64,000 nt of DNA from Lingula anatina (GCA_051362555.1 CM120649.1:7130001-7194000), one strand, 5' to 3'; counted from the first letter of the stretch, positions 13,701 to 27,493 are shown. The notes: generated by a model not told the origin, from the sequence alone. Numbers and translations: made by a program.

Positions 13701-15280
13701 TTAGCTGGAACAGATAACAGAAGGTTTTGTGTTGCAATTAAAATTCACTTATATAGTACAATACACTATCACGCAGAAGAGTGTGTTTCGGAGTACCCCA
13801 TTTCAGTAAAAATCCAATTCCCCAATTCCAAAACTTCCAAATTTTTCTGTGCTCGTTAACCGATATTTGGATCAGGTTGCACTACCCGAAATTTGGTTTT
13901 CCTGAAAGAGGCAAAAACAGAGCGCAGATAAAAAAGAACTGGAAAAACCATGTGCCATAAATAAGCGCCTTAATTCGAGACTTGTGACAGGACTTAAACT
14001 TGTAAATCTTTTTTACCCGGCCCTAGACTACGTCTACAAACACTTTTTTGTTACTGTTTACACGTATAACAGGGGGTGGCAAAGTGCCAAATTACCCTGG
14101 ATGTCTGCGCACGTTAAGTGGTTTCGCAATCTTTATCACAAGAACGGGTTAATCATTAGCTGGGGGAGCATGTGTCAGGGGGGACTGTAAACAAACTGCC
14201 AAAACACGGGACTTATTTTTGAGAAGTTTAATAATAGACCTTAGAATTAAATAATAAAAAATAGCAATAAATAAAAAACGTGAGTGATTCTCATAACCCT
14301 GCAATACTGACAAGTCTTCACCTGTCTTTCTGCTTGAGAACTCCCTCAAAATGCAACGGGTGTTTAACCTAATTTTTGATGATTTTGACGCTTACTTTAT
14401 TGTACCCCTGAAAAATTGCCCACTTGGTAATTTTCCAATCGATATATCGAGGCACGGAAACATGCACTACGTTTTGGCGCGCATTTATCTTTAATAGACC
14501 TAATATCTCTATCTTGGTTAATAACTTCCTTTCATAGATTATTAATATAATATAAACAGAGTTGGTATAGTGATTGTATCACAATCTTGGTTAATAACTT
14601 GCTTTTGTAGATTATTAATATAATATAAACGCAGTTGGCATTACCTTGCTGTTGGTCACTTTACCATATCTTTTTGTTAATGGTCCTAAATACTGCTTCT
14701 GACTTGCTGATTCATGACCGACAACTAATGGGTGGTATACAGAAGTTTACATTCCCCAAAGGGGTGGGGAGGGGGATCGAGGGCCAAGCATATCTCCTGG
14801 GTTGAGGTCATTAACTTGGGTAGCGCAATTCTCCGATGAAGGTGACGACAACAATTTCAGTAGTAACTGTAGTTTGAAGAAACGTTACTGCTTTATTCTT
14901 AGTGCACAGCATAGCTGATGGAATTCTTGATCCATTTCCCCAAGTTTTTAATAAAAGTAATATACTGTATATACAGGAGTCATTTTTATTATGTTTAGTT
15001 TTGTTTATGATACGCATTTAAATGAAAGATTTTTTTTATAAATTCGATTTCTTAGAACACAGATACCGACATGTTATGATAATATACAGCTTTATAGCAA
15101 ATAAATAGCAAATAAATAAATAAATAACACTCTCGTACACCAACGTCCTTACAGATATAAGGAATCTTCTTCATTAACTTGTATCTTTTTATAATGTATG
15201 TTATATAGCATTACGTACATGTATTTTTTCTTGTAGTTAAAGAGAGCCTTTTAATGTAAAACATTTCTGTGCTCAATAAA

Positions 15281-15334
<54 letters not shown>

Positions 15335-16124
15335 ACACAAGGTAGGATCACTATTTTGTGGACTGGGCACTCGCATGCACTTAGGTCAGTGTCCTTACAT
15401 AAGGTATCGATAAGATAACAGTTCCAGATACCGACATCGTCATATGACATGGTGAACTTGATTACAAGCCAAGTGCCCTATTTATACCATGTATACAAAC
15501 AATGCAATGTCAGTGCCAATCTTATGCAAACAATAATTAATATATACTGGCAGTGGTCTTGTCAGCTTGTAATCAAACCAGTGTTTGAAAAAAGATAACT
15601 TTGAAAATAAATAAGTAACCTGTTAACTTGCGAACAAAATGTGGACGCAACTGGTATTGTTTTGTAGTATCTTACAGGTACACGGTTGGTCTAATGTCAG
15701 CACGTTTATTTACGTTTGTGACGGCAGACTGAAGGCAGCGTTTTCTGATTGTATATCATTTATAGTGTGAAATTTGCGAACAACGCAATTGTTCTCTGAA
15801 AGATACATATTTCCGATCTCCTTTATTTAAATTAACAATAGCCAATTTTGGATAAATCAGTAAATTGCCGACCAATACAAACAACCAACACTGTATATAA
15901 ACACCACAATATCTGTACTGTACGTGAGAACCACAGTTATCATAATTTGTGGCAGGAAGATTAACCTTTGACTGATAAGTAAATAAACATAATCATATTT
16001 TTATTTATACAAACAGATCCATGTCAGTGTCAAGTTACTTTGTACACAATGAATACAGTGTAGATATACAGCAGTATGTGGGAACGTAACAGCATAATAT
16101 CTTTTTCCGACGACGAAAAAGCCC

Positions 16125-16185
<61 letters not shown>

Positions 16186-16419
16186 CCCCCATCCCATTCT
16201 AAAAAAAAATTCATGGTCTGTTTATTTGCCAAGTTTTGGTTAATCATAAAACAGACAAAAATATAAAAGCACCGAGAGCGTGCAACCTCCATTAAGACAA
16301 ATAATTAAGTAATAATTAATCTAATCATTTCGCCCTTAGCATATTTCATGTATTCATTAATTTATGAATGGATCATCACCCACATATGGAAGTCACGATC
16401 TAGTACAATGATTCACAAA

Positions 16420-16466
<47 letters not shown>

Positions 16467-17209
16467 CGATACATTCAGTACTGTTAGCCATATACTGCAA
16501 ACAGACTTACAAACTAACTTGCAAACAAACCGCCTGACCAACATACTTCGAAATCACCCTTTGGGATTTTGTAGTTACAAATCCACAACCACTTGACTTC
16601 CCGAAAGTGTCTCATTTAAAGTTCACTTACGGTTCTCAATCTATTCTAGAACATTTGGTGTTTTTTTTTTTTACAGATCTATTGTTGTTCTGTAATGAAT
16701 GTAACAGCTTGAGAACTGTTTTTGGGAAGTCCTTTAGAATGTCCTTGAAAAGATTAAGAATATTTTTCATTAAAAGAGAAAAACATTATGTTCTAGGACA
16801 GATTGAGAACCGTTAAATGAGCGTTAAATGAGACAAATTATCGCAGGGGCTATCCACACTGAGTGGGTATTTCATTGGTCAGCATTTGGAAAAGAGGAGA
16901 AATTTGGCATTGGATTGTCAAAGTGCTCACTTTGAACTTTTGGTCAATGTTTGGGTGCAACAAGGTCAGGTCAATGCGAGGCAACTTCTATACAATCATC
17001 GTGGACTTTGCCAAAGTTTGTAATCAGCGTATGATCAGCGTGTGATCATTCATTAGGTCAAAAGCACATGAAGCTCACTAGCATATGAGTGTACATGTAT
17101 ACGTTAGCATAATATTTCTCCGGCCATCTTTTGTTGTAATTGTAATCAATACAGCATGCACGCACAAACACGCACGTAACCACATGTGCACGCACAAACA
17201 CACACACAC

Positions 17210-17242
<33 letters not shown>

Positions 17243-18024
17243 TCGAGAAAGAGCGAGAAAGAGGTGCTAGGAATTGCATATAAACAAGGGCATGCTTCTT
17301 CGTACCTCTTTACAACACAAATTGAAATAAATAAACAAAAATCATGAAAATATTCTTGTGTCATCACTTTTACGGGCACGCAGATCCTATGAAAACAAAT
17401 ACACGTGTCACTCAATGTAGGCATATACAAATATTTTGATGCCTGATTCACGTAGTCACTGGCACCAAAATATTGGGACATAATAATAATAATAATGGCT
17501 TAGGGGAAGTTTGTATGCAAACTATATCTATGCGTAACGTAAACAAAATATTTTAGGCAGTGTCATAAAAAAGGGCCGTGTTAAACTAGATTATAACCGA
17601 TCAAAATCCGTGTACGTACCAAACGTTATTGGCATAATTTCTACCCATCGTGTTTCAACTATAATTAAAACAGATGAAAAATAAATCGTTCCTGAAGAAA
17701 AAGAATGCCTTTTTTTCTACCTATGAGGAATGAAGTATCGACCCTTATTCAAGGAACGTTTAGCTTTTTTTAGAAACAATTTTTTATCGTCAGTACACAA
17801 GAAACAAATTAAATGAATCAGAGTAAAACTCCTAAACCGAAAAGTATTCCAACAGCGACCATATCTCTGTTGGTAGGGATTTTTTCAAAATCATATATAA
17901 ACTTCCATTTTATCGCAGTTGTTATTATAAAGATAAGATACGTTTGATGAAATAGGGCCACAGAGATCAACTCGTAAATGTGGATTAAGAAATGTGCTCA
18001 AGTTGATAGGACCTGAAGTTGGAG

Positions 18025-18075
<51 letters not shown>

Positions 18076-18856
18076 GCTACTGAAATGAAAATAAGTACGT
18101 TAGTGGATAAAAAGGGTCTTACTCCTCCTTGGAATCTCTCTCAGCAAAGTAGCATGCAGAAGGCCAAATAACACACTACATTTTTTAATATGACAAACAA
18201 TAAAACAAATGTAAAAATGATGAAGGCAGTAATAACTTGATTAGTTGAGAAAATGAGACAAAAACGTAGTAATGATTGGATGGTGGATGGAGAGAGAGAG
18301 AGAGAGAGAGAGAGGTGAGAGAGGAGAGAAAGAGTAAAGCATTTCTCACCCTCTGTAACAACATATTGAACTGTGTTTTGTCCTTAGCACAGCACTCTGC
18401 CACGCCCTCTGGAGTCACCTGTTTGCGAAACTCCGCTATTATGGCGTTCTCCTCCGGGGACGTCAGCATGACGTCCGTGCACGGCAGGCAAAACTGACCA
18501 ATGGATGCCATTACGTCCCTAAAGTTCTCAATGTCCGAAGCGACACTGTTTTCGCTCATTATCACAAACGCCACAACTCCAACGTTAGCGACGGTCACGA
18601 CTACCGCCATTATTATGCTAGTGAATGCGACTTTCCCAATTCTTTTTACTTGCCTGTCATTTGGCGTCTGTGCCTCATAGTCTTTTCGTGCGTCGGCACT
18701 GTCAGAGCTAGATGCACTGCTTATCAGACTCGAGTCACTGTCTTGAGTGGAAACACTATCATTTCTACGCTGTCCTCGTGAATTGGGAACTACGTACGAA
18801 ATCCCGCCAACGGTGACGTTAACTTCAGGTCTCCGGCCACTGGGGGTCTTTTGCAT
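10278..18856 (-). CDS. TNF superfamily ligand, copy 2 (TRAIL/TNFSF10-like), ~359 aa
   Basis: Exons 18856-18350, 12909-12873 (YVERKLRLIRSE), 12590-12486 (KPSAHL), 10708-10278. Same intron positions and phases as copy 1. THD motifs GRYFIYSQ, NCWS, YLGGVIYLRAGDEVYV and TYFGLYML. Confidence 0.92.
10977..12359 (+). mobile_element. Tc1/mariner DNA transposon with a decayed DD34E-type transposase, in TNF copy 2 intron 3
   Basis: 29-bp TIR cacacactggacaaaagaagtgtcacccc at both ends, with TA TSD at 10975-76 and 12360-61. Transposase motifs FSDECRF, MVWGCIS, DDNAPCH and WPAQRPDTNIIENVW are broken by stop codons. Confidence 0.95.
16262..16578 (-). mobile_element. Short HINE-like element
   Basis: aaagcaccgagagcgtgcaacctcc is the reverse complement of the terminal stem-loop seen at 46612-46640. 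An (acaa/acag)n microsatellite lies near 16500-16530. Boundaries are approximate. Confidence 0.45.
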
Positions 18857-19741
18857 TGTTGCTGTTGTGGTTGTTGAAGATTTCTGGGCTCAGCGTTTCT
18901 GACGTCTGCCATAAATACCGCACCATGCATGTGCGTCTCCCTTGTCATCTGCCAGATGGCTATTTCTGTGAAACAAAAGACGAAACTATGAGTCAAAATA
19001 AAAAAATCAGACTTTGAGATTCAAGGTTGCCCTGCTGGCAACTTGCTCTATTTCACGTGATGGCAAGAGTTTCCCATGGCCTTGCTCCCCACGTCTGACT
19101 GCCTGATGTCAACAAACAAGTTTTCTGTAAAATAGGGAAGAAGACGGGCGCGTGGAGGCTGTGCTCCTTCACTGGGTCCATCTTTTGCGGGGATGCCAGT
19201 GTGTCCGTCAACGCGACGTCAGAATATGATGTAATTTAAGGACGACAGACGACTGAAGAGAGCAAAGAAATTTTCTGAATTGATACTGGGAGCGTTACAA
19301 CAGTGCATAGTCAGATCCAGTCCCGTAAAAGAGGGGAGAATGCCCCTTTTCCCCACCACACATTCTCAGTTAAAGGAATATATGATAAATCTTTTTACTT
19401 GTTTTCGATATGTGCGTGCCTTGTGTGTCATGGATAACTCATATTCCCGGGCTCAATTCTATAACAGATTTCTTTAAAACCATAAAAATAGTTCAGTTCA
19501 ACTAAGACAAGCAAGCAAACAAGCAAGAAAAACCTTTCCCGGCTTATGCTTTGGACAGATTTTTTGCAGCCTCTAAGTCCAATTTTTGTACTGCTGCCTG
19601 ACAGGTTGTCACTCATACTCATGCGATTTTTCGACATTTCACGAAAGGGGGAAAATATTACATAATTGAGGGTTTACACCTTGAGATGGCTTAAGGATGA
19701 AGTCCGGGGGGTGGGGGGGTGGAAAGGGTAAGGATGAAGAC

Positions 19742-19772
<31 letters not shown>

Positions 19773-21021
19773 CAGGAACGTGGCCATCTTTTTAACCAGA
19801 TTATACCAACAGGCTGCATATCAATAAAAAGCTTATTTCCTGTATTCATTTCATATCATTATTTTATTGCGTAATATCTATAAATACCTAGTGAAATAAT
19901 CAATCTGTGGCCCTGGTAGAGGGTATAATGTGAGAGGGTCCGTATATTACAAATGTAGTGATTGCAATAATACATAAAACTGCACTCCAAGCATTATCCG
20001 TGTCTGCATCATTAAAAATTTACAAAGACCAACATTCAAATTTTAAAGATGATGAATAGTTAACCTAGAAAAATGCGAAAGTATCTGGGTTTCTTGGAAC
20101 CCAAACCGCCACGCCACCCCATCTCTTTATCGCACAAATTCTAAGAACTGCAAGAACGTTCAAATGTGAAAGAAGTGTTCAGTGTCCAATATCAAGGCAC
20201 TCCACACCTGAATTCATGTTACAAAACTGGTTTTGAAAAAGGAAAAGAATGAATGCATGGCTGCAATTGAGATGAAAATAACACCAGTAAGACCGACCTG
20301 ACACATTTGTTATTCAAATTATTTGAACCCTTTTTTTCAGAGGACTGAAATAAAAAACCCGGACTGGGGGTGCATTTACACTCAATTTATGTCGACTCTT
20401 CCCGTGTAATCCTTCTCTGGTCTATCTTGTGTCATTATGGACTAAAAAATTGGCATTAAAGTTAAGGCCAACTTTCGACTTAGGCGCTTTGGTAAAATCG
20501 ACTGGAGTCAGCTTATTTCACTACGCTCTAGCAAATATATGGTTCTCGTTATAATGATATTGACCAGTATAAGCGTAACAAATGAATAAGTTTGGGGTTC
20601 ATTTTTGACAATTGGGAAATCAATAAAGAAAATATCGAAATAGTGGTTCTTTCATATCGATTTAGAATATGAAAACTAAGGCGAAGCAAACAACTTTGAC
20701 AGAAATGCAATATACAAAAAAAAAAAAAAAAAAAATTAAATAAATAAAAAAGACGGTACCAGGAAGCCCATTCAAATTCAAGTTTTATAGGCCTACCAGT
20801 ACAAAAGAAATCGGATCGATGATCAAATATACAGGTGTATTTGTGGCTCATTTACTTCTTTATGCTCTGTATTATCGACACAAGGTTAGGTGAAATAAGC
20901 ATTTGTTTGATCGTTGCTAAACCACTCGTCTAGTTTTTCATTCTCTTCTCGTTTCTTCAAGTCCACCGGGTAAAATACTAACTTTGGCTGCCTTGTTGAT
21001 ATTCCCTTTATTCTCTCTCAC

Positions 21022-21070
<49 letters not shown>

Positions 21071-21868
21071 CGATTAAAACTATACTGTACATAAACTCTT
21101 ACCTCCTTGGTTGTCTTGTCAAAAGTTCTATCTAAACTGTCGAAATGTTTTTCTTCTAAAGTATTATTCGCACCATAGAAAATGTCAGGATACAGTCAAC
21201 ACAATACAGAACTATTGGAGCACCGAAAATGTAAGGATGAACAAATATACAGCAATTTAACCGAAATAAGACATAAAATAATTCACGACAGTTCTAAAGA
21301 CGGGAATTTGAGTTCCAAATCGGGCACAGTGATTACAGCAGCCCTTGTTTCAGTTTCCCTTATCAAAGGTTCTCCGTAATCAGTTCTGTCCTTCAGTTGA
21401 ACGTCAACAGTAGCTCTTCACAGAAAGTTTGAAAAAGTCCGCCACTGCCACCTCATAGACCGCCTCTCTTCATTCACCCAAAACTGATCCTTTGGCGCTC
21501 GGAAAGTACTGCACAAGAAAATGTAATAACTACAGGTGAAATAGTGACTTTACCATAGGAAAAAAAGACTCCCAGTGACTTCACCCGCCAAATTCACGCG
21601 ATGACTTCACCCTCCATGGTTTCAGTTGCTACTTTATCCGGGGGGTATTGCCTTGCCCTCCCCACCGAGCGTCAGAGTGGATTTTCCGTTGACTTCACCT
21701 ACTATTTTCACCCTATTATCTGTGCCCGGGCTATGTTTATACGACGCACTTTGATTAAATAGGCAGAGGTAAATTGACACTGCGATAAAGGCATCATTGG
21801 CCAATCACCTGACTAGACGACAAGGGGTATTTTTAAGTACAGCCCTATTGTACATGTACGCGGAAGAA

Positions 21869-21895
21869 GGGGATTCCCCTAGAGTTGGAAAGTCC
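21869..21895. promoter_or_regulatory. NF-kB/Rel binding sites upstream of TNF copy 2
   Basis: Near-palindromic GGGGATTCCCC at 21869-21879 and GGAAAGTCC at 21887-21895 (reverse strand GGACTTTCC). They lie upstream of a candidate non-coding exon with a GTAAG donor at ~21102. Confidence 0.5.
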
Positions 21896-22014
21896 AATTG
21901 GCGGTATATATTCCAGCAGCGTCGGTAGATTCAGGATATCATGAACGGAATAAAATTATGTAATTCACTTATCCGTGTGCTGAGCGCCATGTCGCTTTTT
22001 TGAAAAGAAATACT

Positions 22015-22048
<34 letters not shown>

Positions 22049-22553
22049 TGTGTGTGAGCGCTCGCGCGTGTGTACGCAAGGGCGCTCGAGAGTAAATTTA
22101 TGCGACAAAGGCAGTCTGGGTAAACAGTCGCGTATTTGAAATTGAAGAATAAACAAACTGGAAGTGCTTATATTGACAAATATCAATATCGCAGACCCAG
22201 GCACGTAGTCTCGGCTGCTAAAATTTAATTTGATGATTCAGACCTACAAAATAGCCCCTTCGTCATGTTTTAAAAAATCCAAAAACCAAAGAACACATCA
22301 ACGTCATAAAATTTTCTATCTAATCTAAACAGGTGACTTACTGGGTACATAATCAAGCGGACGTCATGTGATAGAGAAAGAAGAAAAAAATAAACTGAAT
22401 GGATCCCCCTTCCCGTACGGCATTCGCGAGATTTGAGGGACTTTGAGACGTTTGCTGTAATTTTCTAGTATCAAAAATCGGGAATAATAATGTCAGTGCA
22501 TATGTAGTAGACGTAAATATTTTTCACACGAGGGCATATAAACATAAAGTTAC

Positions 22554-22589
<36 letters not shown>

Positions 22590-22596
22590 TGATAGT

Positions 22597-22800
22597 CCCC
22601 CAAGACTGCTCACCTCCGCCAAAAAATGGCAATAAAACATTTAAAAATGTACTGCAGTTGAAATTTGAATAACTTCTTTTCCCCTTGAATAACTGCCTAT
22701 CTTGTATAATTCATGATAATAACAAGAAAACTTTTTGAAATGTATTGTTCACTATCAAACTATCGACGAAAATTTCCTCTTTCGCTGGGTGAGGTGATAT
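22597..22800 (-). mobile_element. Short HINE-like element
   Basis: Inverted subterminal motifs tcacctccgcc (~22609) and gctgggtgaggtga (~22784), similar in layout to 46408-46643. Confidence 0.4.
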
Positions 22801-22958
22801 GAACTCAGTTTGTAAAACAAGCACGTTCCAACATAGTTGCTAAAATTACTTGACTGGCATAAGACTTCTTCTTCTTCTTCTTCTTATTATTATTATTATT
22901 GTCACGAAAAACATCCTGGTTTGGTAGGATGGAAAATTATACATTGAAAATTATCTGA

Positions 22959-22995
<37 letters not shown>

Positions 22996-25153
22996 AGGGG
23001 GTGTTTAAGTTAACACAGCTGACGAATAGCTTTAGGGAGTTAAAAATTCAAACTTGATGATCTATCGATATATGGATAAAGAAGATAACTTTTTCAGTGT
23101 GTGAGTGAGTCACCCACCACAAATCGAAACAAGTAAACAATGCTGATAAATCAAGATCACTTTAAATAATGAGTCACCAAAAATAGACAAAACTGTGCTA
23201 TGGAAGGTAGTTTATGACAGATATATTTTATTTTCAATTTTACCTCTTGTATACCTGACGATATACAAAGGAAAGAATAAGATATTCACTGATAATATTT
23301 TGTATTTGTATTTTGTCTTACGATCAGATGAATGCTTTGATTTCAGTATCAATCTAATGAAAACGTATACCCCTACTGACGGAATAGATAGCATTAATAC
23401 TCAAAACACCAACACTTATTACAAGCATCCGAAAAATAATCTAATGCTCGGAAAAAAATACAAAATTTCCCTCAACAAGTAGTGAGGGTTTTGCTGGTAC
23501 ACCTCTTTTTCCTCCTACTCCGGTATTTTATATCCATTGCGTAACAATGCGAATTCTATACCACTTGTTCCGAACAATTTTCTTCTTGGATTTTCCGTCT
23601 CCTTTTCCCTCCAATTTAGGAACCTCCTTAGTTGTCCATTGTCCTTAAAGATACATTTAAAGTCATTTTTTTGTCACAAAAGCCGATTAATTGCCCCCAT
23701 ATGCTGTACTTTCAAATAGTATAACTTAGAAAAATACCAAAAAAATCTTTAAATTATTACCAGAAACAATGACATTTGAACGGATTTTTTCTCCTGACTT
23801 TCTATGCTGTCAGATAAGAAGGTTAAATTAAAATTACGACCAAAATTTGAAGAAAGTGGAATTTAAAGCTATGTTATGTCTGATGAGGTGACTAATATTC
23901 GGTCATTACTTTGTCTTGTCGACTTAATTTGAGTACGTATGAGAAACTATTAGGAGTAGTTTATATGCGTTATGGGAATTCTCGTCCTCCGAAGCTCAGT
24001 TCAAATGATCAGGTCCTCATACCTCTTTACAATTTCGTATCGCCTAAAATACGGACAAACTCCATTTTGTGACGCCCTTTTTCTAAGGGGGTTGCAGATG
24101 CCTCACTTATGACTCAGATTGGTCGGAATAATAACAGATCAGCAAGATGCGTACGTAGTATATGCACTATAAAAGAAATGTGAACAAAAGTCGAATATTT
24201 TCAAAATCGAAACTCAAAATTCTATTAGATCAGTTATGATGTGCGCATAAAAGATCTTTATCTGTCACGCCTTCTAAAGCGGCTAGGGTGTAATTGACTT
24301 TCGTGCACGCTTAAACTAAATACAATTTAGCGAGAAACCATTCGGAGAAAGATCGATCCTGCCAGTACGATAGGGTATGGGAATGGTTCCTTTCTGTGAT
24401 AAGTGAATAAGTACCCGCGGCTGTGTTATGGCATATTGGCAGAATCCTTCGTATCACATTCATATTTCACGATAAATACATTGCAAACAATTCAAAGAAA
24501 TATGATCAATCTCATTTTTTCATTAATAAAGCAGTTATCACAATAAATATCGGAATTTGTGCTTGCTATCAGACCACGTGGACCTTCACAGGTGGCTATA
24601 CCTCCGTAATATTCTAACTTTGGACTACCTTTGCATGTAAGAAGGGATTTTTGAACGATTTGTAGATTAAAAAAATCCGTTTTAATGGCCAAACCGAACA
24701 GTTGTTATCCCTTTAAATACAATATGAACTGTATGCAACGATAGTGGAGTTCAATGCTCCCCTGAAAAGGCATAAATAGAAACAGGCATCAAACGAACAT
24801 AAGCCTGTGTAGGTAAAACTTACGTAAAGTGTAAAATTCGGTGCTAAAGGAGGAAGCCTGTGCATAGTGCATTTCAGGGATCGGACCCCCCCCCCCCAAA
24901 AAAAAAAAAAATAATAATAAAAAGATTAAGCTCTGAAATGAGTAAAAAAAATGCCACAAATACGTTCAGGTGTACGTGATTTCAACAAAAATGGGTAAAA
25001 ATATTAATGGGCGTGAAATCATGTTTGGCAGTGCTTTTGAACTCTAAAAGACAAAAAAAGACAAAAAAAAAAAATACAGTATTCAATATCATTATCTTAT
25101 TCGGACCATTTGAATACGAAAATAAATGCTGGGGGAACTGCGGAGTCCATTTA

Positions 25154-26726
25154 CTAAAGCCAATTTAGAGAATAATTAAAGAGGCGCGCATCGAGGTCGT
25201 AATGCCGCCATAGTTTTCTGATATCTGTGAGGTTGACACTGGTAAAATACTTCTCCCAGATCTCTGAGGAATAATGCTGCCGGGCTTTAGATGATGGAAA
25301 GTCGAACAAGTCCGCGACCCCTAGCAGCTCCAGCATCATTTTGACGTCACGACTCAGTGTTTCCCACCTGATGATGACGTCATAGTGAACCTCACATGGA
25401 CTGCACAATCGATTATAACTTTCAAAATGGATGTCATAGTCTTTTCTCGGGTCCAGAGATGAAATATACTTCACAAAGGCCGGAAACGAAACTCCCTCTT
25501 TTCCTGCGAGCTTTCCAGGAGATGGTTTGACCTCGAACATTTTTGCAATCTTTTTGGCAGTTTGGGGATATACAACATCATTCGTGACACCCTCAACCTT
25601 GTCTCTGTAGGCTGATACAAGTCGTTCTAGCGGGTGGCGCACTAGGATGACTTTTAAGTATGTTTTTAGTCGAAATTGAACACCAAACGGCGAAAAATGC
25701 TCCAATCTTGGTAGATATTTCCTGTAACTGGTGACCAAGCTTCCCCGATTATCGCCAAATTTAAAGTAATTCTCCTTATCTATATTGCCAGTCAAAGCAT
25801 AGAGCAGGCGTTTGGAGTTTGTGCAACCGACTTTAGGGATGGCGCAAAAAATCAAGCGGTGCCTGTCGTCAACGAACATCACGTGAGTAAACGGCCCTTT
25901 ATTTGCAGTGCTGCCGTCTAGTGATCTATTTGTCTTTCGGCACGTGGCTTCCATATGATTAACTCGGCGTTTCATTTCTTCTTTCCAGGAGTCAGGAACG
26001 CTAGACCAATTAAAATGCTAGGGAAAAAGTGTAAATTGTTCAAACGCATTGATAGAAAGATTGATACCTTAAAGGAACAGAATGTACATTTGACTTTGAC
26101 AGTGAAAAATTAAGGGAAGCAGTTGGCGGCTCATATACGGCCTATAGGCTGCATGTCAACAGGTTATTTCGTTGTAAGGCTTGGGATACTGACGTAGACG
26201 CCAACTAAGTGAAGAGTTAGAATTTCGATAAGAGATGGACCGAAAGAACCCCCCTACTAAAAAGTATTTAATCTCTTTTATATATGGGGCACCGACTTTA
26301 CACTTCAGCGGTTTCCCACAAATCAAGGTGCGTTTCTCATCAGCTGCTTCACTTCTTTAAAAATTCATTTTGAAGAAACCAAGTAAACTTCGATAAAGTA
26401 TAAAATAGAGTTATCATAAAAACTGTAAAAACTACCTGACATTTAAGCCTGGGAACAAACTAGATGCTACATGAAACATTTTCTCTATTAGGCCTACAAT
26501 GTGTTCACACATGTTGTAGCTGTTTAAAACCTACCTTTCGCCCAAGTTTCGTATTTCCCTTACTCCCAAATGACACTAAAAACAACAGAAATTAAAAAAA
26601 AATGAAAATCATCCAAATCATAAGATCTCAATTCCAATTAGATAAAAGAACCGATTTATGGTTTCAGTCTCCACAGTATGTACACTAATTATTTATATTT
26701 CATTTAATAAGATTAAAATATTGCAA

Positions 26727-26774
<48 letters not shown>

Positions 26775-27118
26775 GATCCACGGACCTTTATTTTTTATCT
26801 CTGGAACCATATCCTTATTCACAAAGGACACTAAAAACAATAGAAAATGAAACGTATGAAAATCATACAAATCATATGATCTCTACCCCCTTAAGATAAA
26901 AGAACTGTTTTAGTTTCTATAGTATGACAACCAATTATTTATATTCGATGTGATAAGATCAGTATACTACAAAGGAGAGAGAGAGAGAGAGAGAGAGAGA
27001 GGGGAGTTTACGTACCTTTTGGTAATAACTCAGGAACCATAACATAGCTAACCACGACAAGGAGACACAACAAAGTGAAAAATCTATAGTAGAGTGGGAA
27101 CTTGTATGTTGAGCTCAT
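25154..27118 (-). CDS. Carbohydrate sulfotransferase (Sulfotransfer_2, CHST11/HNK-1ST-like), copy A
   Basis: Exons 27118-27016 (signal anchor), optional 26830-26786, 26575-26535, 26017-25154. 5'-PSB motif CAIPKVGCTNSKR, 3'-PB motif VRHPLERLVSAYRDK, and CSPCEVHYDVI. Confidence 0.9.
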
Positions 27119-27279
27119 CTTCCTATAAAAATTACTAAATGCCAGAAACTTATCTTTCAATTCAGCACGTTTTAGACCAAACACAACATTACCTGTCTAC
27201 AGTTTCAGGATGGTTTATGAAACGAAGAGAAAAATCTGCGTAATGTGTACAGTCAGCAATTCCATATTATGATCTATTA

Positions 27280-27493
27280 GGGCGCATTCCCATAGATTTT
27301 AGATCGATCTATCCCCGTGGGGAGTCTCACTAGATTACTGTCAGATAATCCGGCTTAAATGTCCGTCCCGCCTACTACAAGCTGTAAGGGGGTAATTAAC
27401 TTTCGTTCCCGCTCGGCTGACAGCTATTTAGCGTGAAACCCCAGGGAGTTAGGTCGATCTAGTTGGATCGATCTTATCTCTGGGAATGGGTTC
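27280..27493. mobile_element. Tourist/Harbinger-type MITE upstream of sulfotransferase copy A
   Basis: Imperfect TIR gggcgcattccca / tgggaatgggttc with TTA TSD. Same family as 40951-41201 and the fragment at ~24260-24392. Not present at the corresponding position of copy B (~31760). Confidence 0.75.

Noticed and set aside
14644-14686. Candidate small exon for TNF copy 2
   Set aside because: It has a stop in the required phase. The exon at 12909-12873 fits the phase and matches copy 1 exon 2.
13000-24400. Numerous 60-110 aa ORFs in TNF introns and intergenic DNA
   Set aside because: Low-complexity or microsatellite-derived, with no domain similarity or consistent splice structure.
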